A stretch of DNA of 64,000 bases from a virus (lineage: Duplodnaviria > Caudoviricetes). The stretch is from positions 147 through 64,146 of the IMG/VR virus record IMGVR_UViG_3300023296_001079; one strand, written 5' to 3'. The notes under the pieces were generated by a model. The model saw only the letters and a list, made by a program, of their open reading frames with translations. It was not told where the DNA came from and ran no database searches. A program made the position numbers and the translations under genes. Positions 1 through 9,994 of the stretch are shown piece after piece. How positions within the stretch are numbered: position 1 is the first letter of the stretch; each line of letters starts with the position of its first letter.

Positions 1-1
1 T

Positions 2-1237
2 CTGGAGGAGGCCACCCTTCGGGGTGAGGACATTACGACCTTCGCCAAGAGAGTTGTTCGGGACGTCATATCGGTGGGCCGATTCGGATCCCTGGTGGAT
101 TTCGATGAATCCATGGAGAAGCCCTTTGTGGCCGGATACCGGGCGGAGAACATCATAAACTGGCGGGTCACCGTGATTGACCGCCGTCCCGTGGTGACGC
201 TTATCGTTTTAAAGGAGGCCGCCTACGCCCCGGATGCTGATGACCCCTTCGCCACGGTCGAGGTGGAACGGTGGCGGGTTCTCCTCCTGGGGCACGCTGA
301 AGCAGAGGACGTTGGGCCCCTGGTGTATTCCCAACAGGTTTGGGAGAAGCGGGAGGAGGACAAGGACCCGATGCAAATTGGCGGGACGATCATTCCCACC
401 CGCCGGGGGAAGCCTCTGGAGAAGATTCCGTTCACGTTCTTTGGGCCCTTCGACCTGTCGCCAGACCCACAGAAGGCTCCTCTTCTGGACCTTTCAGACG
501 TCAATCTGTCCCATTATCGGACCAGCGCGGAACTGGAGGAGGGGGCATACTTCACCGGGCTGCCAATGTATTGGGTGGCTGGCCGTATGCAGGGCTCACA
601 GGATGAAGGAGAGGTGGAGTTCACCGTTGGGTCACGGCAGGCCCTACTCCTGGAAGAAGGGTCCACAGCGGGCGTCCTGTCGGTTGACGGCGGGGACATG
701 GGAATCCTGAAGACCCTTATGGACGACAAGGAAAAGCGAATGGCCGTCCTGGGGGCCCGAATCCTGGAGGACCAGAAGGCCGGGGTTGAGGCAGCCGCCA
801 CGGTGACCATGCGGCACGCCGGGGAGAGCAGCCTTCTGTCCAGTATTTCCGGGACGTGCTCCAAGGGCATGGCCCAGGTGGTGGAGGACCTTGTCTGGTG
901 GGACGGGGTGGAGCCCAAGGATATTGGCTTCGAGTTGAACAAGGACTTCATTTCCGGGCAGATCGCCCCCTCCGAGTTGGTCCAGCTAGTGGCGGCCTAT
1001 CAGCAAGGGGCCTTGGGCCCAAAGGCCTTCTTTAAAGCCATGCAAGATGGGGAGCGGGTTCCTCATGAATGGACCCTGGAGGACTGGCTGAAGGACATTG
1101 ACGATGGCCGGGAGTTGCTGGACGCTCAAATGGCCAACGAGGACGATGGTGACGAAGAGGACGACGAAGAGGACGACGACCAGGGCGGGGACGACAAGAA
1201 AAAGTCCCCCAAGGACGACACCACCAAGGATAAATAA
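2..1237 (+). CDS. Portal protein (DUF4055-like), C-terminal part; the 5' part is at the far end of the window
   Basis: Frame is open from position 2 (LEEATLRGEDITTFAKRVVRDVISVGRFG). Motifs GRFGSLVD, YRAENIINW, IPFTFFG, PLLDLSDVNLSHYRTSA are typical of DUF4055 portals; acidic C-terminal tail; lies between terminase and MuF. Confidence 0.9.
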   Translation: MEEATLRGEDITTFAKRVVRDVISVGRFGSLVDFDESMEKPFVAGYRAENIINWRVTVIDRRPVVTLIVLKEAAYAPDADDPFATVEVERWRVLLLGHAEAEDVGPLVYSQQVWEKREEDKDPMQIGGTIIPTRRGKPLEKIPFTFFGPFDLSPDPQKAPLLDLSDVNLSHYRTSAELEEGAYFTGLPMYWVAGRMQGSQDEGEVEFTVGSRQALLLEEGSTAGVLSVDGGDMGILKTLMDDKEKRMAVLGARILEDQKAGVEAAATVTMRHAGESSLLSSISGTCSKGMAQVVEDLVWWDGVEPKDIGFELNKDFISGQIAPSELVQLVAAYQQGALGPKAFFKAMQDGERVPHEWTLEDWLKDIDDGRELLDAQMANEDDGDEEDDEEDDDQGGDDKKKSPKDDTTKDK

Positions 1238-1240
1238 TCC

Positions 1241-4200
1241 ATGCCTGGGGCCAATGAGGAACTCTTCGACGCTTTAAACCGTCACCAAGTCTTCCTGATC
1301 CGATACGGCGGGGCGTCTGCCAAGCGGGCCGTCACCCTGTTGAAGGCAGCGGAGAAGGACGTCCTGGCCAGGATGGCTTTAAAGGCGGGTAATATGTCCT
1401 CCGTCCAGTCCACCCGCTACCAACAGATGATATTCACCCTCCGGAAGCAGTCCAAGGACCTGTTGAACGCCCTGGAGAAGCAGTCCAAGGCTGACCTGTT
1501 GGAACTGGCCGGGCAGGAAGTGGACATTTCCGATGCCCGGTTAAATCAGGCCTTCGGGGTGGACCTCAACAACTTCAGGGTTCCGCCGGAGGTTCTTCGG
1601 ACCCTGGTGGAGAGCCAAGGCCTCAGAGCCCGCCGTCTGAAGGACTGGTGGGGAGATATAGGCAAGTCCCGACTGTCCAGGCTGGAAAGCGCGGTGGGGA
1701 TTGGGGTCATGACCGGGGAGACTTCCCCACAGATCGCCCGCCGGTTCCGGGATGCCGAGAAGGTGACCGCCCGACAGGCCACGGCCCTGGTGCGGACTCA
1801 TGTCAACCATGTGGCCAACGCCGCCCGCCAGTCCTTCTATGAGGCCAATGACGACCTAGTGGACCAAGTCCGCTGGACCGCTACCCTGGACGGCAGGACC
1901 TCCCACATATGCCAGTCCAGGGACGGTAAGTCCTACCCTTTAAAGCGAGGCCCACGGCCCCCTGCCCACCCTAATTGCCGGTCTACCATGGTCCCGGTCA
2001 CCAAGTCCTGGGATGACATTTCCAACGTCCCCCTGAAACCAGGGCGAGGAGCCAAGAACCTTCGGGGGCTGTACGAGAAGTCCTTGGCGGCCAAGGGGTT
2101 TTCCAAGGCGGACATTTCCAACGTGATCCAGGACAGCCGGGCCAGTCTGAACGGTCAGGTGCCGGGCTCCCTGGATTATGAGTCCTGGCTACGCCGCCAG
2201 CCCCACGGATTCCAGAACGAGGTCCTGGGCAGGACGAAGGCCACCCTGTTCCGTAAGGGCGGCATGCCCCTGGACAAGTTTGTGGACGAGCGGGCCGGGA
2301 TTCCCCTGAACCTCGCCCAGATTCACCGGGCCAATGAGCAAACCTGGATGCAGGTCTTCGGCCCGATGGACAAGAACCTGAACGAGGCCTTGATAAGCCC
2401 CCACCTGTTGGCGGCCCAGGCAGCCTCCCTGTCTCTACGGGGCAGGAGAGCCCGAGGCCCTGGTGAGTTCGAGAAGCTGGAGGCAGAGGCCGGTGGACCC
2501 AAGACCAACGTCTCCAAGGCCATCAAGAAGGCCAAGCTGACCGTGGACGGGTTCGACGTGAAGTCCTCCTCCGAGAAGGCCGGAATCGTCACGGCCATGG
2601 TGGCCGACCTCGCCATTGAGAAGAAGATTTGGGGCTCTTTAAAGGCCCTGGACGTGAAGCTGGCCAAGGGGATCGACGGCACCCCGGAGCAAATGGCCAT
2701 GTTGGACCTCCTGGAGGACGTCAACCCCGATGCCCACGAAAAGTTCATGGACAAGGTGTCCTCTCTGAAGCTGGAGTTCGGAGGGGCGGCTGAACTGGCT
2801 GAACTGTCCGCGAAGCCCTGGGCCGGGACCATCCTGAAGACCCTAGACCCCGACCTGCCGGACCCGTCCAAGGTGGCCGTCCTGAAGAAGGCCATGGCTG
2901 ACGAGGACGTGGCGCAGGACGCCTTGAACAAGGCCAGAGCAGACCTGAAGGACGCCTTGAACAAGGACGGCCTGGACGGAGCCTTTGGCAAGCACCTGCC
3001 AGACGGGTTCGATGACCTCTTGCCCTCCCAGGCTCTCCCTGTGTTCAAGGTCCTGGCCGATTCCCTCCCCGACACCCTGAAGGCCATAAAGGCCTCCAAG
3101 GTCATTGACGACTTTAAAGGGGAAAGCGGCCTCCATGCCAAGGTCATGGACAAGGTGGACAAGAACCTATCAGCGGCAACCCCGAACGCCAAGCTGGCTG
3201 TGGCCAAGGCATGGCTGGAGGAGGAGAAGGTCCAACACTCCGGTGTGATAGCGGCCCAGAATCAGGTTTTTGAGGACCTGGGTCTGGACGGCCTGGACAT
3301 GCTCAAGAAGAAGCTTCCGGACGACTTCAACACCCTCCTGCCGTCCGCCCAGGCCACCCTCCAGGAGAAGGCTGTCCTGGCCCTCTATGAGGATCACCTG
3401 GACCTTCTGGGCTCTGGCATGGTTAGCCCTTTAAAGACGTCCTCTGTCCAGGCCCCTGAGATGTGGCAGATTCACATGGTCAAGAAGATTGACCAGGACC
3501 CCGGCAACGCCGACCACAGCCCCTATCTGAAGTTCCACCTTGTGAAGGAGGCCCTGGAGGCGGAGGCGGACGCCGCCGTCAAGCTTGCAGCAGCCAAGGA
3601 CACCTTTGTGGACGTCATTCCCGACTTCGACAATCAGGCCAACCTACTTCTGCCGAGCAACTACCCCAACCTGCCGCCGACCCAGAAGATTCCCCTTCTG
3701 ACCAAGGCATACACGGATATCTTCGACCTTCAGAAGAAGGGCCCCGACCTGACCTCCCCGGAGCAAGTGTCGGCGGCGGGGCACCTGGACACCATAGAGG
3801 GCTCTGGAGCCATCACCTGGAAGGTCAACCTAGTGAAGGAGGTCAAGGCCAAGTTCGACACCCCGGTGGAGCAGTTGAACATGGCAAAGGTGATACTGGA
3901 GGCCAATGAAGCGGCCCTGGTGAAGATTAACGATATCCACGGGACCTTGAACGATAGCCTCCCCCACGGCTGGTTGAACAAGGGCGCGGCCTTCTTGCCG
4001 GACGGGTATGATGACCTGATCCCTACGTTGAAGCTGTCCCACATGGAGGACATGGCCAACAAGCTGTTGATTGAGGCCATAGAGACCGCCAAGGCCTCGC
4101 CTATCGACACGGTGGCGGCTGCCAAGCTGGCCCAGTCCAAGAAGATCAAGGTGGGGTTCATCAAGAAGAAGCTGAAGGAGGGCCAGCCTCTCTCCAAGAC

Positions 4201-6691
4201 TCAACAGGCCCTATGGGACAACGACCTGACCCAGGACGAGAAGGATGGAATCCTGGCCCTGACCCAACAGGCCAAGGCGGCAGAGACCCCCACCATTATG
4301 TTCCACGAAGACTTCCCCAAGATCGGCCCCAAGCCGGGCGGCTCCATGGACGGGTTCCTGGCCAAGCATACGCCGACCGGGGAAGAGTGGATTGTCAAGA
4401 TTCCCGCCGGAGCCGATGCCGAGAGCATGGCCTTCAACGAGGCCCTGTCCGCCCAGCTTTATAGGGCCGCCGGGGTGAACCATGCAGATGTTCACTATGT
4501 GAAAGGCCCCCAGGGAGAACACTGGGCCGTGTCCAAGATGCTGCCCAACGCCAAGAAGGTGACCCGGGACACCATGGCCCAGTCTCCCGAGGTCCTGGAG
4601 AACATGGCCGTGGACGCATGGCTGGGCAACTGGGACGTGGTGGGCCTGGAGTTCGACAACATCATATCCTCCGGCGGCAGGCTCTACCGGATCGACGCGG
4701 GCGGCTCCATGAAGTTCAGAGCCATGGGAGGGCAAAAGGAAATAGACGACTGGCTGCAACGTCCGGATATTCAGGAGATGGACACCTTCCGGGAGCCCTC
4801 TATCAATGCCCAGTCCGCCTCTGTTTTCGGCAAGGCCTCACAGGCCCAGATTGAAGTGGGGGTCCGGAAGGTTCTGGCCGTTACCGATGCCCAGATTGAC
4901 GATATCCTGGATAAGTTTGGCCCCGACAACCGGGGTCTGGGCGTCATGGTCAAGGCTGAGTATAGGGCAGCCCTGATTTCTCGCCGGGACTGGTTGGCCA
5001 AGAAGTTCCCCCACCTGAAGGCCCCCGAGCCTCCGGCCCCCATAAATGTCGCGGTGTCCGCCGGGTCCTTTGCGGAGAGGGTCACCGGTTCCCGGTCAAT
5101 CGGGGCGTCCAGGATGGGGGACAAGGACATGGTGGAGGACCACAACATCCTGTTCTGGGAGGAAGGGGACGCCATAGGCAAGATGGACACCACAGGGGCC
5201 AAGCTGACCCTGAGAACCACGGTCCTGGACAAGCAGGTCCGTCCGCCGGGGTCTGGGTCTGGGCGGAACATGCCCCCGATTATTTCTGCCGGATTCCAGA
5301 AATTCAATATGCAGGCCAAGCAGGCCGTGATTGGGATGAAGCACTACTCCGCGATTCGGCAGGAGGAACTGGACCGGGTCCGAGCCCTGCGGGACGTCTT
5401 CAACGATATGGAGGACGGGAAGATCATCGTCCACAACAAGGACTTCCTGGAGCCCGCCCGGAAGTGGCTGGAGGCCATGGAGAAGGCCATCAAGCCGGGG
5501 CTGGGGCAGGCGGCGGACCTTCCGGACCTGAACGCCCTGGGCATGTTCGCGGCCATGGAGGACTTCCCCATTGTGGTGGCGGCGAAGGCCACCAAGACCA
5601 CGAAAGCCTCCTATACCTGGACCAAGCTGGACGCCCTGCCCGCAAAATACCACGACAAGGGCTACTTGATACGCCGCCCGGCGGGATTCAACGACCGGGA
5701 CCGGGGGGTGGAGGACGGCCATATTCGCCTGGGCTCCTCAGAGATGCCCTACGAGGCGGACGTGGACGGGGTGACGGTCCACTATTGGCCCAGGACAGGC
5801 CCGGGCAAGGCTGTCCAGGGCAACCTTCACGTCATGACCAAGAAGACCGGGCAGGCCGCTTTAAAGGAGATTGACGCAACCCTGAAAAAGCTGGGAATCG
5901 ACACCAAGCCCCCCAAGCTGGTGGACATGGAGAGGCGGTATTTATTTGCCCACTATAGGGCCCGCAATGAAAGGCCCCCCAAGCCCGGCAACGGCGGGAC
6001 GGCGGCCTACGTCCAGGCCATGAAGGACGACCTGTCCCAAAAGGCGGGGTACGATATCACCAAGTCCGATTACTGGCAGCCCGCCGGGAAGGAGAACGCT
6101 TTCCAGCAAGGGCACAAGGTCTTCCTGCGGGCGGACGTGGACAATATGTCCAGCGATTGGGACACAGCAAACTTCGGCCACGGGTCAAGCGGCACGGCGA
6201 ACGATGAACTTTTGAAGAACGTCATTCACCAGGGCGGCTGGATGACCCCCAAGGCTGAGTTCGACCGCAAGGGGATGCACTATCTTCGATGGGGTGGGCT
6301 GTCTCCGGGCCCTGACCGGCTGGGGGGCGGGAGCCATTATATCTACACCTCCTTGAATACGAGCGGCGGAGACCAAGCTTTTAGATTCGACGGGAAGACG
6401 ATGGCCCGCCGGGTGGACGCCCGGATGCACCACACGGACCCCACTGGGGACATTGACTTCAGGGATGGGCCTATGAATCTGCACACCCCGCTGGACCCAG
6501 CACGCCCCGGGGCGTGGCAGGGCTACGAGACTATATTCAAGAACGGCCTTTCCGTGTATGATACAGGGTTCACGTTCTACACCCGGAACGTGTCCGCCAT
6601 GATTCGGTGGCTGAAGGATCAAGGGGAGCCGTTCTCCAAGGGGCTCTGGCCCGATGGGCGAAAGCTGGAGGAGGTTATTTTATCCGATTGA
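1241..6691 (+). CDS. Minor head protein (Phage_Mu_F/SPP1 gp7) fused to repeats and C-terminal effector domains (kinase-like, possible ART-like)
   Basis: MuF core LVRTHVNHVAN...WTATLDGRTSHICQSRDG...PPAHPNCRS. The 1816-aa ORF also contains WIVK...NEALSAQLY...DAWLGNWDVVG..DNI...RIDAGG. Confidence 0.88.
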   Translation: MPGANEELFDALNRHQVFLIRYGGASAKRAVTLLKAAEKDVLARMALKAGNMSSVQSTRYQQMIFTLRKQSKDLLNALEKQSKADLLELAGQEVDISDARLNQAFGVDLNNFRVPPEVLRTLVESQGLRARRLKDWWGDIGKSRLSRLESAVGIGVMTGETSPQIARRFRDAEKVTARQATALVRTHVNHVANAARQSFYEANDDLVDQVRWTATLDGRTSHICQSRDGKSYPLKRGPRPPAHPNCRSTMVPVTKSWDDISNVPLKPGRGAKNLRGLYEKSLAAKGFSKADISNVIQDSRASLNGQVPGSLDYESWLRRQPHGFQNEVLGRTKATLFRKGGMPLDKFVDERAGIPLNLAQIHRANEQTWMQVFGPMDKNLNEALISPHLLAAQAASLSLRGRRARGPGEFEKLEAEAGGPKTNVSKAIKKAKLTVDGFDVKSSSEKAGIVTAMVADLAIEKKIWGSLKALDVKLAKGIDGTPEQMAMLDLLEDVNPDAHEKFMDKVSSLKLEFGGAAELAELSAKPWAGTILKTLDPDLPDPSKVAVLKKAMADEDVAQDALNKARADLKDALNKDGLDGAFGKHLPDGFDDLLPSQALPVFKVLADSLPDTLKAIKASKVIDDFKGESGLHAKVMDKVDKNLSAATPNAKLAVAKAWLEEEKVQHSGVIAAQNQVFEDLGLDGLDMLKKKLPDDFNTLLPSAQATLQEKAVLALYEDHLDLLGSGMVSPLKTSSVQAPEMWQIHMVKKIDQDPGNADHSPYLKFHLVKEALEAEADAAVKLAAAKDTFVDVIPDFDNQANLLLPSNYPNLPPTQKIPLLTKAYTDIFDLQKKGPDLTSPEQVSAAGHLDTIEGSGAITWKVNLVKEVKAKFDTPVEQLNMAKVILEANEAALVKINDIHGTLNDSLPHGWLNKGAAFLPDGYDDLIPTLKLSHMEDMANKLLIEAIETAKASPIDTVAAAKLAQSKKIKVGFIKKKLKEGQPLSKTQQALWDNDLTQDEKDGILALTQQAKAAETPTIMFHEDFPKIGPKPGGSMDGFLAKHTPTGEEWIVKIPAGADAESMAFNEALSAQLYRAAGVNHADVHYVKGPQGEHWAVSKMLPNAKKVTRDTMAQSPEVLENMAVDAWLGNWDVVGLEFDNIISSGGRLYRIDAGGSMKFRAMGGQKEIDDWLQRPDIQEMDTFREPSINAQSASVFGKASQAQIEVGVRKVLAVTDAQIDDILDKFGPDNRGLGVMVKAEYRAALISRRDWLAKKFPHLKAPEPPAPINVAVSAGSFAERVTGSRSIGASRMGDKDMVEDHNILFWEEGDAIGKMDTTGAKLTLRTTVLDKQVRPPGSGSGRNMPPIISAGFQKFNMQAKQAVIGMKHYSAIRQEELDRVRALRDVFNDMEDGKIIVHNKDFLEPARKWLEAMEKAIKPGLGQAADLPDLNALGMFAAMEDFPIVVAAKATKTTKASYTWTKLDALPAKYHDKGYLIRRPAGFNDRDRGVEDGHIRLGSSEMPYEADVDGVTVHYWPRTGPGKAVQGNLHVMTKKTGQAALKEIDATLKKLGIDTKPPKLVDMERRYLFAHYRARNERPPKPGNGGTAAYVQAMKDDLSQKAGYDITKSDYWQPAGKENAFQQGHKVFLRADVDNMSSDWDTANFGHGSSGTANDELLKNVIHQGGWMTPKAEFDRKGMHYLRWGGLSPGPDRLGGGSHYIYTSLNTSGGDQAFRFDGKTMARRVDARMHHTDPTGDIDFRDGPMNLHTPLDPARPGAWQGYETIFKNGLSVYDTGFTFYTRNVSAMIRWLKDQGEPFSKGLWPDGRKLEEVILSD

Positions 6692-6708
6692 ACGAGAAGG
6701 GCAAAAAC

Positions 6709-7002
6709 ATGACAACAGAGGACAAGGACTCGAATATTGTTGTCCTGGGGGCCTTCCGGGCTGAGAAGGACAACAACGCCAAATCCTGGACGCCTGCGGA
6801 CGCTTTAAAGGCGGTCCTTCAGGCTGCGGAGAGCGACGATATGGCCTGGTCAGACGTCGAAGAGATTATCATTATCGGGAGGACCAAGGGCGCAGACAAC
6901 CTCCTAACTACAAGGGCCGGAACATCCTATGCCTCCACAATTACCATGTTGACTATGGCCCAGTTTATAGCCTTACAGGAATGGAACGGGGAGAAGCCAT
7001 AG
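6709..7002 (+). CDS. Hypothetical protein (possible partner/immunity protein of the MuF effector)
   Basis: ATG 6709 after GAGAAGG, directly after MuF; normal codon usage. Confidence 0.6.
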   Translation: MTTEDKDSNIVVLGAFRAEKDNNAKSWTPADALKAVLQAAESDDMAWSDVEEIIIIGRTKGADNLLTTRAGTSYASTITMLTMAQFIALQEWNGEKP

Positions 7003-7003
7003 A

Positions 7004-7321
7004 ATGGCCAAGGTCTGGACAATATCCTTCGTGGACGCCAGGGAGGACCGGTTCTGGGACACCCGGGGGATGGCCTTTAAAGCCCCTGGAGGCAATATGG
7101 CCTGGGTGGCCCCAGAGTATGCTACAAGCCCCACCCATGAGGCTCATATGGTACAGGGGGCGGTCCAGAAGATATCAGACACCAGATACTTCTTGACGAC
7201 CGAAGCAGGCGACACCTACAACTTTACCCAGACCACACGCCAAGTCCCGGATGACGAGGCGGACGTGAAGCTTTACCTGGACGGGTTCTTCCCCAAATGG
7301 GAATGGACATCCCTGGATTAA
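7004..7321 (+). CDS. Hypothetical protein
   Basis: 105-aa ORF tightly packed after the previous ORF. Confidence 0.65.
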   Translation: MAKVWTISFVDAREDRFWDTRGMAFKAPGGNMAWVAPEYATSPTHEAHMVQGAVQKISDTRYFLTTEAGDTYNFTQTTRQVPDDEADVKLYLDGFFPKWEWTSLD

Positions 7322-7342
7322 ACAGAAAGGGCACCCCTATAA

Positions 7343-7732
7343 ATGTGGATATTTGGACGGCAGGGCATGGTTTCCATAGTCCAGGACCGAGAGGACCCCA
7401 ACTATGTTTGGGTCCGGGCGCGGGAGCGGGCGGCCCTTGTTGAGTTCCTGAAGATTGAAGACGGCCCGCTGGATATTGGGTACGTCACCCACACCCCACC
7501 CCCGGCGGATTACGAGTTCCGGGTCAAGGGGGAGAAGGCCATTGTGGCGGACCTCATGGTAGACGCGGTCTGGGGTATCGACTATGACAACTTCAAGGAC
7601 TCAATCCCAAAGGATCGGCCCCGCTACCACTACGCCCTCATGTCTATCTGGTTGACCGTCCGGAGCGCGTTAGGTCTGGAGGAGGACTACGGGACGGATG
7701 ATGATGACGGCCCGGACGACGACATTGACTGA
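7343..7732 (+). CDS. Conserved phage hypothetical protein
   Basis: MWIFxxxGMVSIV...VRAR...DYEFR...IDYDNFK pattern recalled from small phage proteins; function unknown. Confidence 0.65.
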   Translation: MWIFGRQGMVSIVQDREDPNYVWVRARERAALVEFLKIEDGPLDIGYVTHTPPPADYEFRVKGEKAIVADLMVDAVWGIDYDNFKDSIPKDRPRYHYALMSIWLTVRSALGLEEDYGTDDDDGPDDDID

Positions 7733-7859
7733 CGACCTGTACCAAGCCGCATTGCCGGTGGATGACGAAGACCTGAAGGTCCATGTGGTCCACCCCACTG
7801 ACCAACGGGAAAGTTACGACGATTCCAGGGCGCTGTTCCGTTCCCCGAGGTCCCGCTAA

Positions 7860-8834
7860 ATGCCCACCAAGGTCTCCCTAGAACGAGCCGCCGATGCCCA
7901 GGACCTTGGGCCCAACATCAAGTACGCGGCCACCCTGGGCCTGCCCATGGTCCAGAAGGACTGCCACAAAGGGGCCAAGGGGTTCATATGCTCCACAGGC
8001 CCCAGCGTCATGAACAAGTCCGCCATGCGGGCCTTTTTGCGGAAGATCAAGGACGCACAGGCCCAAGGATGCGGGGTTGTTATCTTCGCTTTAAAGGAGG
8101 CCATCCCCTTTCTCCGTAGCAAGGGCGTAGAGGTGACCTATTCCTCCTCCATGGACCCTGGCGGAGTTCGACAGGTGACACGGACCCCGGTGGACCTGGA
8201 CGTCACCTATTGCGTAGCTTCCTCCTGCCACCCCATGCTGTTTGACTACCTCCTGGCGGCAGGATGTAGGGTTCAGGTCTTCCATAGCGCCTGTGGCCAC
8301 GGGGAGCCCCGCTACGAGCCGGGCGTCCTGTTCGAGGCAGGCACAGGCCACCACGGGGCCCTGTCTGTCATCAAGGGCCAACAGGTCCACCGGACCATGC
8401 TGGGAGACCTGGAGTTCTGCCCCCTGGTCTGCCTGAAGCTGGGGGAGGTGGAACTGTACCAGGAACTCTTCGGAACCGGGGACACGATGCAGGGCGGGTT
8501 TACGGTGACCAACCGGACCCTGTCCCTGGCGAACTATATGGGCCTGGAAGACATCGTCATGATGGGAACGGACTTCGGCTGGAGGCGAGAGGGCGGGAGC
8601 CACTATTCTCCCCTGGTCCAGGTTGACCCCCTGGGTGCAAACGCTATGTCCGATGAAGGGCAGGTTGACGGAACGCCCTGGTTCACCCGAGTGGACCAGT
8701 TAGCCTCCGCCGTGGACGTGGCGCGGAAGATCAAGGAAGGAGAGGTCATGGTTCTGGGCGACAGTCTGGCCGTGGCTCTGTCTAAACGAGAGGATTCATT
8801 CTTGGATCAAGTTGTTTACTTCGGAAAGGGCTAG
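7860..8834 (+). CDS. Maf/DUF115 (MAF_flag10/MptE-like) family glycosyltransferase
   Basis: ICSTGPSV, IFALKEAIPFL...SMDP, VASSCHP, GGFTVTNRTLSLANYMGLEDIVMMGTDF match the Maf/DUF115 motifs GPS, DP, GG.TV and G.D. Confidence 0.75.
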   Translation: MPTKVSLERAADAQDLGPNIKYAATLGLPMVQKDCHKGAKGFICSTGPSVMNKSAMRAFLRKIKDAQAQGCGVVIFALKEAIPFLRSKGVEVTYSSSMDPGGVRQVTRTPVDLDVTYCVASSCHPMLFDYLLAAGCRVQVFHSACGHGEPRYEPGVLFEAGTGHHGALSVIKGQQVHRTMLGDLEFCPLVCLKLGEVELYQELFGTGDTMQGGFTVTNRTLSLANYMGLEDIVMMGTDFGWRREGGSHYSPLVQVDPLGANAMSDEGQVDGTPWFTRVDQLASAVDVARKIKEGEVMVLGDSLAVALSKREDSFLDQVVYFGKG

Positions 8835-8843
8835 GAACAGACC

Positions 8844-9632
8844 ATGGCTTTAAAAGCAAAGATCACAAAACTGGAAGACGTAGCAGAGGAACTCCGGGCC
8901 CTGTACCGCAAGGACGGGGACGTGTTCGTCCTGGACGTTGGCGACGATTTGGCGGACCACCCGTCCGTTGGGCCTTTGGCCCGGGCCCTGGCCCGAGAGA
9001 AGACCGCCAACGCCGAATCCAAGGCTGCCCAGGACGCCCTGGAGGAGAAGTTCAAGGGCCTGGACCCTGAAGCTGCACGGGCCGCTTTAAAGGCCGCTGA
9101 AGACGCTGGTGACCAGACCCTTATTGCAGAGGGCAAGATGGACGAGGTCATTGAACAACGCACCGAACGGATGCGGAAAGAGTTTGCGGACCAGTTGGCC
9201 GCCAAGGACGCCGCCCTGGAGAAGGCCAACGAGTCCGGGGCTGCGACCATTGCCCAGCTTGCGGAAATATCCATTTTCGGAGCGGTCAAGGACGCCGCCC
9301 TGTCGAAGGGGGCCCGGAAGGAAGCCCTTCAGGACGTCACCAACCGGGCCCGCGAGGTCTGGAGAATGGAGGAGGGCAAGCCGGTTGCCCGCAACGGTGA
9401 GGATTTAATATACGGCAAGCAGGGCGAGGCTCTGACCGTGGAGGAATGGGTGGACACCCTATCCACTGAGGCCGCCTATCTGTTCGAGCCCAGCAAGGGC
9501 GGGGGAGCAGGCGGAGGAGACGGAGCAGGCAACCGGGGTGGAAACTCCGGGGACGTGAAGCTTGTCTCCCCGGAACACGCTGGGGATAACATCGCAGGGC
9601 TGGCCTCTGGTGAAGTCCAAATAAACCGCTAA
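8844..9632 (+). CDS. Head scaffolding protein
   Basis: MALKAKITKLEDVAEELRALY..DG.FVLDV start, coiled coil, APYLF-like AAYLFEPSKGGGAGG near the C-terminus; upstream of the capsid gene. Confidence 0.85.
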   Translation: MALKAKITKLEDVAEELRALYRKDGDVFVLDVGDDLADHPSVGPLARALAREKTANAESKAAQDALEEKFKGLDPEAARAALKAAEDAGDQTLIAEGKMDEVIEQRTERMRKEFADQLAAKDAALEKANESGAATIAQLAEISIFGAVKDAALSKGARKEALQDVTNRAREVWRMEEGKPVARNGEDLIYGKQGEALTVEEWVDTLSTEAAYLFEPSKGGGAGGGDGAGNRGGNSGDVKLVSPEHAGDNIAGLASGEVQINR

Positions 9633-9691
9633 CCGATTCGCTGCCGGGCCGGGGTTTTCCAGGGGGATCACGTCCCGGCTCTGGCGCGATA

Positions 9692-9731
9692 GCCCCCGGC
9701 GGGAGTCCAGGCCTGCCGGGGGCACTTTTTT
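9692..9731 (+). terminator. Rho-independent terminator after the scaffold gene
   Basis: GCCCCCGGCGGG...CCTGCCGGGGGC stem followed by ACTTTTTT. Confidence 0.7.
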
Positions 9732-9802
9732 GTTTGGGTAGTGTCTCAGTTTGAAATTTGAAGTTTATCCGGTCAGTTCCTATGTTATGCTTAGCGCAAA
9801 GC

Positions 9803-9994
9803 ATGGAGGAACCAGTGGATACATACGCAGAGATTTTGGCTGACGCAAAGAAAACACAGATGGAAGCTGCTCGATCACTGGCAAAGATTAATGCGAGCGG
9901 AGATGACAGCAGTGAGGCCGTGATAACTATGCTAAAGGAAAACATCATTGCCTGTCAGCAGATTATTGATCGGTTAGGTGGTCACAATGCCTAA
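9803..9994 (+). CDS. IS passenger: small helical hypothetical protein
   Basis: ORF overlapping the next gene; start uncertain (9782 or 9803). Confidence 0.45.
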   Translation: MEEPVDTYAEILADAKKTQMEAARSLAKINASGDDSSEAVITMLKENIIACQQIIDRLGGHNA

